Below, piece by piece: positions 48,213 to 60,135 of a DNA stretch of 64,000 bases. Every line of letters begins with the position of its first letter. Position 1 is the stretch's first letter. This stretch comes from Squalus acanthias (lineage: Eukaryota), in contig CM059431.1 in the NCBI GenBank assembly GCA_030390025.1, positions 118,112,001 to 118,176,000 of the forward strand, in the 5' to 3' direction. The translations under genes and the position numbers were made by a program. The notes under the pieces were generated by a model. That model had not been told where the DNA came from and made no database searches. It saw only the letters and a program-made list of their open reading frames with translations.

Positions 48213-51133
48213 CATAGAATCATAGAAAGTTACAGCACGGAAGGAGGCCATTTCGGCCCATCGTGTCCGCGCCGGCCAACAAAGAGCTATCCAGCCTAAT
48301 CCCACTTCCCAGCTCTTGGTCCGTAGCCCTGCAGGTTAGAGCATCCCAAGTGCACATCCAAGTACTTTTTAAATGTGGTTAGGGTTCCTGCCTCTACCAC
48401 CCTTTCAGGCAGTGAGTTCCAGACCCCCACAACCCTCTGGGTGAAGAAATTTCCCCTCAAATTCCCTCTAAACCTTCCACCAATTACTTTAAATCTGTGC
48501 CCTCTGGTTTTTGACCCCTCTGCTAAGGGAAATAGGTCCTTTCTATCCACTTTATCTAGGCCCCTCATAATTTTATACACCTCAATAAGGTCTCCCCTCA
48601 GCCTCCTCTGTTCCAAGGAAAACAGACCCAGCCTATCCAGTCTTTCCTCGTAGCTAAGATTCTCTACTCCCGGCAACATCCTTGTAAATCTCCTCTGTAC
48701 CCTCTCCAGTGCAATCACATCTTTCCTGTAATGTGGTGACCAGAACTGCACGCAGTATCCAGCTGAGGCCTAACTAGTGTTGTATACAGTTGAAACATAA
48801 ACCCCCTGCTCTTGTATTCTATGCCATGGCTAATAAAGGCAAGCATTCCGTATGCCTTCCTAACCACCTTATCTACCTGGCCTGCTACCTTCAGGGATCT
48901 GTGGACATGCACTCCAAGGTCCCTTTGTTTCTCTACACTACTCAGTGTCCTACCATTTAATGTGTATTCCCTTTCCTTGTTCGCCCTCCCCAAATGCATT
49001 ACCTCACACTTCTCCGGATTGAATTTCATTTGCCACTGTTCCGCCCACCTGACCAATTTATTGATATCTTCCTGCAGTCTACAGCTTCCTTCTTCAGTAT
49101 CAACCACACAGCCGATTTTAGTATCATCTGCAAACTTTTTAATCGTATCCCCTATATTCAAGTCTAGATCATTGATATATACCACAAAAAGCAAGGGACC
49201 TGGTACTGAGCCCTGCGGAACCCCACTGGAAACAGCCTTCCAGTCACAAAAACACCTATCAACCATTACCCTCTGCTTCCTGTCTCCGAGCCAGTTTTGA
49301 ATCCAACTTGACACTTTGCCCTGGATCCCATGGGCTTTTAACTTCGTGACCAGTCTGCTATGTGGAACCTTATCAAAAGCCTTGCTAAAGTCCATGTACA
49401 CTACATCAAACACACTACCCTCATCTACCCTCATTGTTACTTCCTCAAAAAATTCAATCAAGTTTGTCAGACACGATCTTCCCTTAACAAATCTGCACTG
49501 ATTATCCTTGATTAATCCATGTCTTTCTAAATGAAGATTTATCCTGTCCTTCAGAATTCTTTCCAATAATTTTCCCACCACCGAGGTTAGGCTGACTGGC
49601 CTGTAATTACTTGGTCTATCCTTTTCTCCCTTTTTAAACAAGGTTACCATATTAGCAGTCCTCCAGTCCTCCGGCACCACACCTGAAGCCAGACAGGATT
49701 GAAAAATGATGGTAAGTGCCTCTGCTATTTCCTCTTTTGCTTCGCTTAACAGACTGGGATACATTTCATCTGGGCCTGGGGATTTATCCACTTTTAAAGC
49801 TGCTAAACCCCTTAATACTTCCTCTCTCACTATGTTTATTTCATTTAGTATTTCACACTCCTCCCCCCTGATAGCAATGTCTGCTTTGCCCCTCTCCTTT
49901 GTGAAAACAGACGCAAAGTATTCATTAAGAACCCTACCGACGTCTCCCGCCTCCACACACAGATTACCCTCATGATCTCTAATAGGCCCTATCCTTTCTT
50001 TAGTAATCCTCTTACTCTTAATATATTTATAAAACATCTTTGGGTTTTCCTTGATTTTACTTGCCAAGAATTTTTCATGCTCTCTCTTTGCTTTCCTAAT
50101 ATCCTTTTTAATTTCACCCTTGCACTTTCTGTACTCCTCTAAAGATTCTGGAGTATTTAGCCCTCGGTATCTGTCATACGCCTCCGTTTTTTTCTTTATC
50201 CTACCCTGTATGTCCCTAGACATCCAGGGGGCTCTAGATTTGTTAGTCCCACCTTTTTACTTTAAGGGCACACATTTGGTCTGAACCCTCCAGATCTCCT
50301 TGTATGACTCCCACTGCTCTGACACTGATTTACCTTCAAGGAGCTGTTTCCAGTCCACTATGGCTAAATCCCCTCTGAGCTTAGCAAAATTTTCTTTTCC
50401 CCAATTTAGAATTTTTATTCCTGGTCCATCCTTGTCCTTTTCCATAACTACCTTAAATCTAACATAATTATGGTCACTAGCGCCAAAATGCTCCCCCACT
50501 GATATGCCTTCTACCTGCCCAGCTTCATTCCCTTAAACTAAGTCCAGAACTGCCCCCTCCCTTGTTGGGTTTGCTACATACTAGCTAAAAAGGTTCTCCT
50601 GGATGCATTTTAGGAATTCCGCACCCTCTATACCCTTCACACTAATTTTATCCCAGTTAATATTGGGGAAGTTGAAATCCCCTACTATTACTGCCATTTA
50701 GTTTTTGCACTTCCCAGAAATTTGTCTACATATTTGTTCTTCTATCTCGCTCTCACTGTTTGGGGGTCTGTAGTACACTCCCAGCAGTGTGATCGCCCCT
50801 TTATTGTTTTTCAATTCGACCCATATGGCCTCGTTTGATGATCCCTCCAACATAACATCCCTCCTCACAGCTGTAATAGTTTCTTTAATCAATACCGCAA
50901 CCCCCTCCCTTTTTACCTCCCTCTCTATCCCATCTGAAAATCCTATAACCAGGAAGGTTGAGCTGCCATACCTGCCCCTCTTTCAGCCACGTCTCTGTAA
51001 TAGCTATAATATCATAGTCCCAAGTATCTACCTGTGCCCTCAGCTCATCTGCCTTGTTCGCTATACTCCTTGCATTGAAGTATATACCATTTAGTACAGG
51101 CAAACCTCCTTGTTGACTATTATCTAGCCCTTG
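48213..51133 (-). mobile_element. CR1 LINE with nearly complete but frameshifted ORF2
   Basis: EN start YFNARSIANK...ITETWL, GVYYRPP, SDHN; RT ORF 48715-50223 (502 aa, FADD); tail CATAGAATCATAGAA. Confidence 0.93.
48296..51094 (-). pseudogene. CR1 ORF2 (APE endonuclease + RT), disrupted
   Basis: ORFs 50885-51148, 50698-50892, 50257-50499, 48715-50223 and 48296-48751 are colinear pieces. Confidence 0.9.
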
Positions 51134-51491
51134 TACAGAAAAAAGCATTGCCCTTGCAACACATTACAAGAAGGAACCAAGAACATCTTAGGCTGAAGAT
51201 GGTGGAAACAGGACTATTTTTTTGTCTCAGGTCCATGCTACCTCAACAGGCCATTGCAACTTCACTCTTTTCCAGAACAATTCTTTGTCAGATTTCCATG
51301 AGGCTAGGTTCACTAGTAGATTTCCTTTTGGGAATGACTAAGAAGAAAAGAAGACAGAAAGGAAACATGACACTTTTAAGCAGTATACATTTTAAACTTG
51401 GTCACTTTCACTTTGTCAATGCATGCCAAGGACAGATTTTGTAACCTTTGTCTACATAACAGCAGTCAGTGCACTCCAAAAGTAAAACATT

Positions 51492-52232
51492 GGCCCAAAA
51501 ATTAGTCCCACGACGCGAGAGTACGCACTGTGTACTCTCGCATATTCTGTCACCAATTGCCGGTTTTCTGCATGCACTGCGCATGCGCTGAAAACCGGCA
51601 CTTGGTTTTTGGAAAAGGGGGCGGTTCCTCGGTGCACCGCGTGCGCGCTACAGGCTGCGCGCACGCTGTGCACTTAGTGCTTTGGACGCGCAGGTAAGGA
51701 CGGAAGATTTTAGAAATGAAAAAAGGAGGAGTAAGACCCACTTTTAACAAGGTAAGTAGTGAATTAAGTATTATTTTGATTTTTTTTTAACAGGTATATC
51801 TTTTTTAGAGACTTTAAAGACAGGTAAGTTTATTTTTATAACTTTTTAAAAGATTTTAAATTTTTTCAAAAATTTAATTTTTTATTTAAAATGGTTAATT
51901 TATTTAACTATACTTATTTTATTAATGTGATGGTTTTTTTTAAATTTAATTGAGGTTTAGCTGTTATTTTGGGGTGTGTAAGATTCATAGCTTTCACAGC
52001 ACGTATGTGAAACTTATGAATGGAAGATGGTGTGCTGCCATTGGCTCTAACTGAGTCACGTGATCCCACAGCTCGCACGAATTCACTACGCCGGTGGGAT
52101 ACGCAAGCACTGCCCAGCTGATGTCTAGAACATCAAGTTCATGTGAGCTGGATCTGAAAAAGCCAACGCGGAGTGAGAGATCGCGGGGAAGCCTTACCCC
52201 CGCGTCAACACTCAGTCTTTAATTTCTGGGCC
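51492..52232. mobile_element. Harbinger-like MITE, ~740-bp family
   Basis: TIRs GGCCCAAAAATT / AATTTCTGGGCC; flanks ATT/AAT; close to 13690-14433. Confidence 0.9.
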
Positions 52233-52284
52233 AATGTATGAAGCACTTTGAGATGTCAATTCAAAATGAAAAGGCACCATAAGT

Positions 52285-52595
52285 GCTATAAAAACAGAAA
52301 ATGCTGGAAATACTCAGCAGCTCAGGCAGCATCTGTGGAGAGAGAAACAGAGTTAACGTTTCAGGTCGATGACCCTTCGTCAGAACTGGATAAAGCTGGA
52401 GATGGAACAGGTTTTTAAGCAGGTGCAAGGGCAAGGAAAGGGGGTAGGGGAGGAAAGAACAAGAGGGAAGGTCTGTGATAGGATGGAAGACAGGAGAGAT
52501 TAAGAACCGAAAGGGATGATGGTGCAAGGGAAAAGGAGATGGTAATGGGACAAGTTAGGAAACAAAAGATGACTCTCGATGAAGTGTAAATGGCA
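52285..52595 (-). mobile_element. Penelope-type 3' repeat (second family), uninterrupted
   Basis: Reverse complement of 13440-13689 joined to 14437-14500. Confidence 0.65.
52351..52387 (-). ncRNA. Minimal hammerhead ribozyme
   Basis: Reverse complement AGTT-CTGACGA-A-GGGTC-atc-GACCT-GAAA-CG-TT-AACT. Confidence 0.78.
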
Positions 52596-53700
52596 CTGGC
52601 ACTGGCAATGTAAGCGCTACTTGTTCATTTCCACTTCTCTGTCATTGTCTAAGGCTTTTTAATTTTACAAATCTTTTCTGTTGCCTGAGTCTTATCAGTA
52701 GACTATCCATTTGATATTTCTCCAGCTCCAAATCCAATTCCTAGTTTGACTAACCTATTCTCCTTGGTGGGCTGTGCTAGTTCTTAATTGTTGGTATTAG
52801 TTTATCTCTGGTCTTGTCATGTGAGCACTTAGTCCACATCCCATCATTTGTTCAGAAATCTGTTCTTTGGGCTAATATTCCTCTTCACAGTAGCTGATGA
52901 ATGGTCCGTTCCTAGGCACTATGGGGCAGCAAAGTGGCCAGAGACCTGCTATTTCAGGTCTCTGCACTCACTATGTTGCCCCAGGATTTTTGAGGCCTTT
53001 CTGAATGGGCGGACCTGGAGCTGTGCCTGCAACAGGCAGAGGCCACGAGTTGCTAGGAAAATATCCTGGGAAGAGGTATTCCTGGCCCTCCTGCCTCAAT
53101 CTCCTCTACATACATCCAGCCGGCACCAGCTGCAGGGATGCCCCAAAAAGGTGATGGTGGAACTAGCACCAAGCACCTTCTCAGATTGGAGGCTCTGAGG
53201 GTGGGTGTAAGGATAGGCATGATTTTTAAATAGAATAAGCTAGTTGGCATTATATAGAATTATAACATATTGAGCTAGAGTACTCGTAGGTTAGAACACA
53301 CTTCAGAAAGACACATAGATGTACCAACCAAGCTTTTAGCACAGCAGAGGGGAGTGTGAGAAAGAAATGTCAATTGTTGAATGGACTACAGTGTAGATAG
53401 GGCCTTTTGCAATAAAGATTGAAGAGCATGCACAACAAATGGTAAGAGCTATTCTTAATAGTAATGATAGCAGCTGTATAACAGCATACACACGGAAGGT
53501 GTTGACATATGATACCCACATTTGTCCTACATAATGAAACCTATAAAAATCCAACACACTGGAGCTCCAAGGAACATTTGCTGAGGCTAGTGTATACAGT
53601 CAAGATGACACGCATGTGATCTCCTGAAGGAGACCTTGATATGTGAGCGTTATTGGTGCCTATATCTCACATACACTGCATGTAAGGGGTTGTGCTTTAT

Positions 53701-54436
53701 GTGCCAGTATTTTCCGCTCGGAGGCTTCCTGCGTGCGGAGGCCTCCGATCTGGAAAAAATCTACGCCCTTACCTGAGGGCTCCAGAGGTCCGGCCATTTC
53801 CGTTCCTGGGCCTCTGCTCTACGAAATGCGCAGGGCCCAGGTATCCCAGGGGCACATGCGGTTCGCAAACGTCCCTGGGATCACGTGGGCCATGGGGAAC
53901 CAATGGGAGAAGGGAATCCCCCTTCATACTTTTGACAGGTCTCTCAGCTTAGACCCGTCAAAAGTGTGAATGGAGATCACTGAAAAAACACATCAAAACA
54001 TTAAAAAAAAATTTGAATCACGTTTTTAAAATTAGTTAAAATTACATTAAATTAAAAATTTTAAACAAAAATTTAAAAATAAAGTTTTTTATGGGGCTAA
54101 AAATAAAGTTACCTTTTTAAAAGTATTATAAAATTATAAATGAGTGAAACTTTTTTAAACTCTCATGCCGGTAAAAGCAGGCCTTACACCTGCTTTTACC
54201 AGGCGTAAGATTTTTAAGGGATTTCTGTGGGCGGAGGTTCTGCAAAAAGCAGAACTCTCCACCCGCAGAGGCCCTTCTCCAGGGCAGGCATGCGATTTGT
54301 CAAGAGGATTCTTGACAGATTGGAAATGTCGGTTTTCAGCACATGTGCTTCGCTTGCCTGAAACCGGCACTTGCGAGGTCCCTACAGGTGTGTACACACC
54401 TCGTATACACCCGTAGGGATCAGAAAATACAGGCCC
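53701..54436. mobile_element. Harbinger-like MITE, distant relative of the 740-bp family in opposite orientation
   Basis: TIR-like GTGCCAGTATTTT / AAAATACAGGCCC; AT-rich core; CGGTTTTCAG...CTGAAACCGG palindrome near right end; TSD not clear. Confidence 0.65.
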
Positions 54437-54577
54437 ATCATTTCATTGACTTGATTTAATAAGGAGTGTTAACCAGATGTTTTCATTGTTTCCTAATCCT
54501 TGAAGTTGTATTAGAGGTAAAGGATGTATGACAGTATCCTATAATACCTCCACATAAGGGCAATAGGGAGAAATAAT

Positions 54578-55339
54578 GGCCCAGAAATTCGTCCGAATAC
54601 GGGAGAGTACGCACTGTGTACTCACACATATTCGGTCCCGAAGTGCCGGTTTCCTGCATGCACTGCGCATGCGCGGGAAACCGGCACTTCCGATATTGCG
54701 AAGGGGGCGGTTCCTAAGTGAACCGCGTGCGCACTACAGGCTGTGCGCACGCAGCACACTTAGTTTTTTTTTCAGGTTTGAACGCGAAGGTAAGTGTTGA
54801 AGATTTTACACATGAAGAAAGCAGGCATAAGACCCCCTTTTAACAAGGTAAGTAGTTAATTAAGTATTATTTTAAATTTTTTTCAACAGGTTTATCTTTT
54901 TTAGAGACTTTAAAGAAAGGTAAGTTTATTTTTATAACTTTTAAAAAGAATTTAAATTTTTTCAAAAATTTAAATTTTTGTTTAAAGTGGTTAATTTATT
55001 TAACTATAGTTATTTTATTAATGTGATGGTTTTTTAAAATTTAATTGAGGTTTAGCTGTTCTTTTGGGGGCAAGTTGTATTCATAGCTCTGACAGTTCTC
55101 CTGTCAAAACTATGAATGAAAGATGGTGTGCTGCCATTGGCTCTCCATGGCCCACGTGATCCCAGAGGTCGCATCGAACTAACTGCGCCTCTGGGACACG
55201 CACACACTGCGCGCCGGCACCAGGGAGAGGCCCAGGAACTGAAGTTCGTGTGGGCCAAAACCATAAAGGTAGGCGCGGAGTGCGATATCGCGGGGGATCC
55301 TTACCCCCGCGGCAACCATCGAAGTCCAATTTCTGGGCC
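54578..55339. mobile_element. Harbinger-like MITE, ~740-bp family
   Basis: Perfect TIR GGCCCAGAAATT / AATTTCTGGGCC; (T)AAT on both flanks. Confidence 0.9.
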
Positions 55340-56375
55340 TAATATCCTATATAAACCCAACAGGGGCGTTCGGAGCAAGGCGAAGAGGAACATCACAGCA
55401 GATAAGTGAGATTTTCACTTCTCCAATAGGACCTTTGGGCTTTGAAGCCTTTGCCAGCAGCAGTCAGAATACCTCGAGGCTGACGGCCAGGACCATAGTT
55501 GCAGGCCTCTGTACTCCTGTTTCTGCCAACTTGTTCTGGATCAAAGGCCCTGCCTGGGGATTGGGTATAGCAGAATTGGATGAGGAGAGACCTTGACAGG
55601 CACACTGGAGTGAACGAGAGAGGGAAATTATTTCTGCCCTGTCTACCTCTTGAGATCTGCTTTGTACGTTTTATATGAAATGCATCTCTTTCACTGTGTT
55701 CCTTAATGGCTGTTTATCTTACAAGTCACGTAACTCTGCAGGGGAAAATTATCAAAAAAGGTACAGTTTGTGGGTCACAGGAGATAATATTACATGTGGG
55801 AATTGCTGTGAAATCATTGAACGAGATACAGTTCTACAAAATATCTAGATTTCAACATTGACTTTTACTCTGGTATCTAGCTTCTAACATAAAGTGCAAC
55901 AATATCATGATTGGCAGATTGGACTGTGGAAAATACAATAATATAAAGCAATCTCACTAAAAATCAACTCGACAAACTTTCAATTTATAAATCACAAAGT
56001 AAATGAAAATAAATCTCAATTTTTCATAAGCCATCTATTTCAGTGTGTGTTATTGATTTTAAAATATGTGTGGTACTGCTGCTTTCAATCGGACCTGCAT
56101 TGTTTGGAAATAAAGGCCCAGAAATTCCTCAGGTTCAGCACTTGTGCCAGGATTGTACCCGCCGTTGCCCTCCAGCACTGACCCTCCTGTACTTTGCTCA
56201 TCTGCCCATGACCATCAGAAACTTCAACTCCTGCCCACCTTGCCTAAATTGCCCTTGTGGAGGGAGGGTGGTATTTCTTTACTCACTTGGAGTACCAGTT
56301 GCCACAACAATGCCAAGTCTCAATTGAGACTCTGGAGCTGAAACTTATTGAAGAAGGGAGAGAGGTAGAAACCAG

Positions 56376-57069
56376 GGGGAAAAAATTTGGTTGCTTTGCG
56401 CCTCCCGTTAATGCCCTAAGAGGGCGCTAATGGGGTGCATAGCAACTAGCGCCCGGGCGAGGTGCCGCCAATGCCTCCCGCGAAATTCAGCGGGAGGTTA
56501 GCGGCGGTGGTAACCGTTACCGCTCCGCTGCGCTGCGACGCCGGCGATGGCGTCATCACCGTGCGCAGTGCCCCGGCCGCAATCTTTGGTAGCGCCCCCT
56601 GATTTACCGCCGGACGCTATGTCCGACGGGGTCAGGGGGGTCTACCTGCGGCAGGGGCGGCGCTAATTAAAGGCGAGGTGCTGGGTGGCCATCTTTGTTG
56701 CTGGCAGCCTGCCAGCACCTGCCCCCCCGTTGCTGTCCCCGGCCTCCTCTGCAGCACCCCCCTTCTCTTGAGTGCCGGGCTCTCTTGCCGGCACTCCGAT
56801 CCCTGGTGGCCCAGATGGGCCCCAGGTCGCGCTGTGCAAGCCCTTTAAGAAGGGGAGGAAGGCCTACAGTACCGCGGCACGTAGCACTGCAATATTCCCT
56901 CGCAGCGCCCCAAGAGGGAGGCGGGGTGCTTCTAGTAGCGCCCCGCTTCCCTCTTGGGGCGCTACCGATGAATTTTGGCCGTGGGGGGTGCTAATTTTTT
57001 TCGGGGCGCTAATAGTAGCGCCCCGGCGAAGTTAGCGCCCCAAAGGGGGCGCAACCCAATTTTTCCCTC
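56376..57069. mobile_element. Non-autonomous Harbinger MITE (same family as 5054-6242, without the Penelope insert)
   Basis: Ends GGGGAAAAAATT / AATTTTTCCCTC; TSD CAG; left end TTGCGCCTCCCGTTA shared with the autonomous element. Confidence 0.9.
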
Positions 57070-58046
57070 CAGGTGACTACAGACCTGTTAGTTTAACATC
57101 AATTGTGGAGATGTGACTGGACATTTGGACAAGCATCAGCTGATCAAAGAGAGGCAGCATTGGTTTGTGAAGGGTTGGTCATGTTTGACTAATTTAGTTG
57201 AATTTATTTGAGGAGGCCACTAGCATGGTCGATAGGGGAGTGACTATGCATGTTGTCTAAGTGGACTTCCAGAAGGCAATTGATAAGATTCCACGCAAGA
57301 GATTATTAGCAAAAATGAGAGCGCACTGAATTGGAGGTAATCTTGTGACATGGGTCAGTAATTGGTTGGGACGTAGGTGACAGAGAGTAGGGATAAAGGG
57401 TTTACTCTCTGATTGGCAGATTATGACAAGTGGTGTTCCCCAGGGATCTCTACTATGGCCTCAGCTTTTCATCATATATATTAATGACTTGGATGAAGGA
57501 ATCGAGAGTTGCATATTCAAGTTTACAAATGACACTAAGTTAGCAGGCACAGTAAGTTATGTGCACGTGAGCAGGAAGTGACAGACTAAGAGAGTGTGCT
57601 AAACTATTGCAGATGGAGTTCAATGAGGAGAAATGTGAGGTCAACCATTTGGAACTGAGGAAGACCTTTCGAAATATTTTCTTAATGCGGAGAGACTAGG
57701 GGGGAAAAAGTCGTGTGCGCCATGAGAATTGCCGAAGTCACCGGCATCTCGAGCTAATGGTAAAATGGTCGTTGAAAAACTTGCGCTGTGGGTTGGCGAT
57801 GTGGAGCGCAGCGCTAATTTACCGTGCAGCGCCCTCCTGGTGGTGTTGATGGAGGCCACTGACCAGCAGTCCCCATCCACAGTCGGGTTGTAGCTTCTTA
57901 CAGCCTGTGGGAGCAAGGCTGTGGAGTTCGCCAGTAAAGGGGATATGAATTAAAGGGGCAATGCATTCAAAACTAATGAAAATTAAAAGCAAGTGAAAAA
58001 ATGCATTTTTCAGCACTTACTGTCTTTCAAAATAAACATAAGCATT

Positions 58047-58811
58047 GGGCCAGAAATTCGGCTGTTGTCGGGTGAGTACTCGCTGTGTACTCACCCGTAA
58101 GGCCACCTGAAGTGCCGGTTTCCTGCATGCACTGCGCATGCGCGGGAAACCGGAACTTCCGTTCCCCTGAAGGAAGGGGTTCAGAAGTCGAACGCGTGCG
58201 CGGGAGAGGCTGCGCGCACGCAGCGAACTTCGTTTTTTTTTTCAGGTTTCTCCGTGAGGGTAAGTATGGAGAAGCTGCGCTTTTAAAAAGGAGGCGAAAG
58301 GCCTGTTTTTAACAAGGTAAGTTGTTAATTAATTACAATTTAAACATTTTTTCAACAGGTTTATCTTTTTTAGATACTTTAAAGAAAGGTAAGTTTATTT
58401 TTAGCACCGTTAAAAAGTTTAATTAATTTTTTCAAAAATTAAAATTTTTGTTTAAGGTAGTTAATTTATGTAACTTATAGTTATTTTAAAAATGTGATGT
58501 TTTTAAAAAAAATTATTTGAAGTTTAAGTGTGGTTTTGGGGCCGATCTCTATTCATAGATTTGACAGGTCTTCCTGTCAAATCTATGAATGAAAATGCCC
58601 TGCTAGGAACGGCTCTCCATGACCCACGTGATCCCAGGGGACGCTTCAAACTAACTGCGCCCCTGGGATACGCAAGCACAGCACACCGGCAGCTGCAGGA
58701 GGCCCAGGACCCGAAGTCCTCGTGGGCCCGAAGCACAACGGCAGGCGCGGTAGGCAAGTACGTGCACAATGCTTGCACCCGCAGGAAGCCGGAAAGCCGA
58801 ATTTCTGGTCC
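58047..58811. mobile_element. Harbinger-like MITE, ~740-bp family (divergent subfamily)
   Basis: TIRs GGGCCAGAAATT / AATTTCTGGTCC; TSD ATT. Confidence 0.88.
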
Positions 58812-59982
58812 ATTAAAAATAATTTCCAAATGGCAGTCTTCAGCTCTTAAAGCTAAATTGTCTTCCACACCTAAAAAATGGTAAAAGTGCTTCAACCTTA
58901 ACACAAATGGCTCAGCAAGCCAGGGAAGTGGCATCCAGGGTCTCGCACGCAACACTCCAGATTTGTGCAGGGGGTCAACACTGCAAGAGAGCTCCTCTAC
59001 CCACAGAGGTCAGGAGGCCCTCCAGAAAGAGCGATGTGGGACCACATCACCGAGGCCACCACTGCCAGCAGTGTCACCACCATGACTTGGCTCCAGTGCC
59101 CAAAGAAGCTTCATGGCCTCAGAGCACTGGTCAAGGTCAGTGAATGCATCTTCAGGAGCTGTCTCCTACCAACTGCACTGCTAGCCTCACACACTGCTCA
59201 ATGCACGACACCCCGCCCACAATCACTCACCTACCATCAATCTGTACCAAACACGAGGCACAGCTTCCATTCCTGGCCTCACCTCACCCCCTTGAAGGAG
59301 ATGGTGCAGGCCACTCTTGGCAGGGGCAACGCTGAGCCCTTGGTTAGCGGTGGGGCTGAAAGGATACAAGATGCCGGTATCCTCATACGTTATCCTCCTT
59401 CTCGCATGCACCTCTTGCTTTCCCGCCCTCCCCTCACCACAACTCTACCCTTGTGCCTTCCTCATTTCACACATCCCAGAAATGCAGCCTGCCCAGCCAC
59501 TGGTTGGGCAAGAAGAGGGAGAGGAGAGTGAAGAAGACGAAGAAGAAGATGAAGATTGATTTGACACTCCCAGCCACCAAGGTTAGCCAGCAAGGCCAAT
59601 TACAGTGTCCCCCACTGAAAGTCAGCAGCCTTCCACCAGCCATGCTGCAGCCACTGGGGTAGCACTGCATGACATCAGTATGATAAGCAAAGGCACACAA
59701 AAGACAGTCACTAAGGGAATGCATAAAAACGATGAGTTGATTTCTTGATGTCATATTGCATGGATAGATATGTAATGTGAGATTGGAAAGTGTTCTTTGT
59801 GGTGGCTTTTATTTCAGCATTGTGGCCAAGAGGACACTGTGATGGTCAGTAATAGAGTGAAGGTAAGGTGTGAGACTAATGTTGAAAGAGGAATTGGGGT
59901 TCTGGTCACTGGGACCACAGGCGGATGATTCCATCCCAGATATCTTGGCCAGAACGGGGCTGTCTGGGTTGTCTCCTTTCTT

Positions 59983-60135
59983 CCGCTTCCTCCTCTTCTG
60001 CTTCCTCAACTTCTGCTTCCTCCTCTTCTGCTTCCTCCTCTTCTGCTTCCTCAACTTCTGCTTCCTCCTCTTCTGCTTCCTCCTCTTCTGCTTCCTCCTC
60101 TTCTGCTTCCTCCTTGTCTGTGCCTTCCTCTTCCC
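59983..60135. repeat. 15-bp minisatellite (CTTCCTCCTCTTCTG)~8-9
   Basis: Tandem units; the paralog at ~33450-33495 has only about 3 degenerate units. Confidence 0.9.

Noticed and set aside
13690..58811. Same orientation of five 740-bp MITEs as evidence of a host-gene strand
   Set aside because: Two related elements (25674, 53701) are in the opposite orientation, the sample is too small, and no host exon was found
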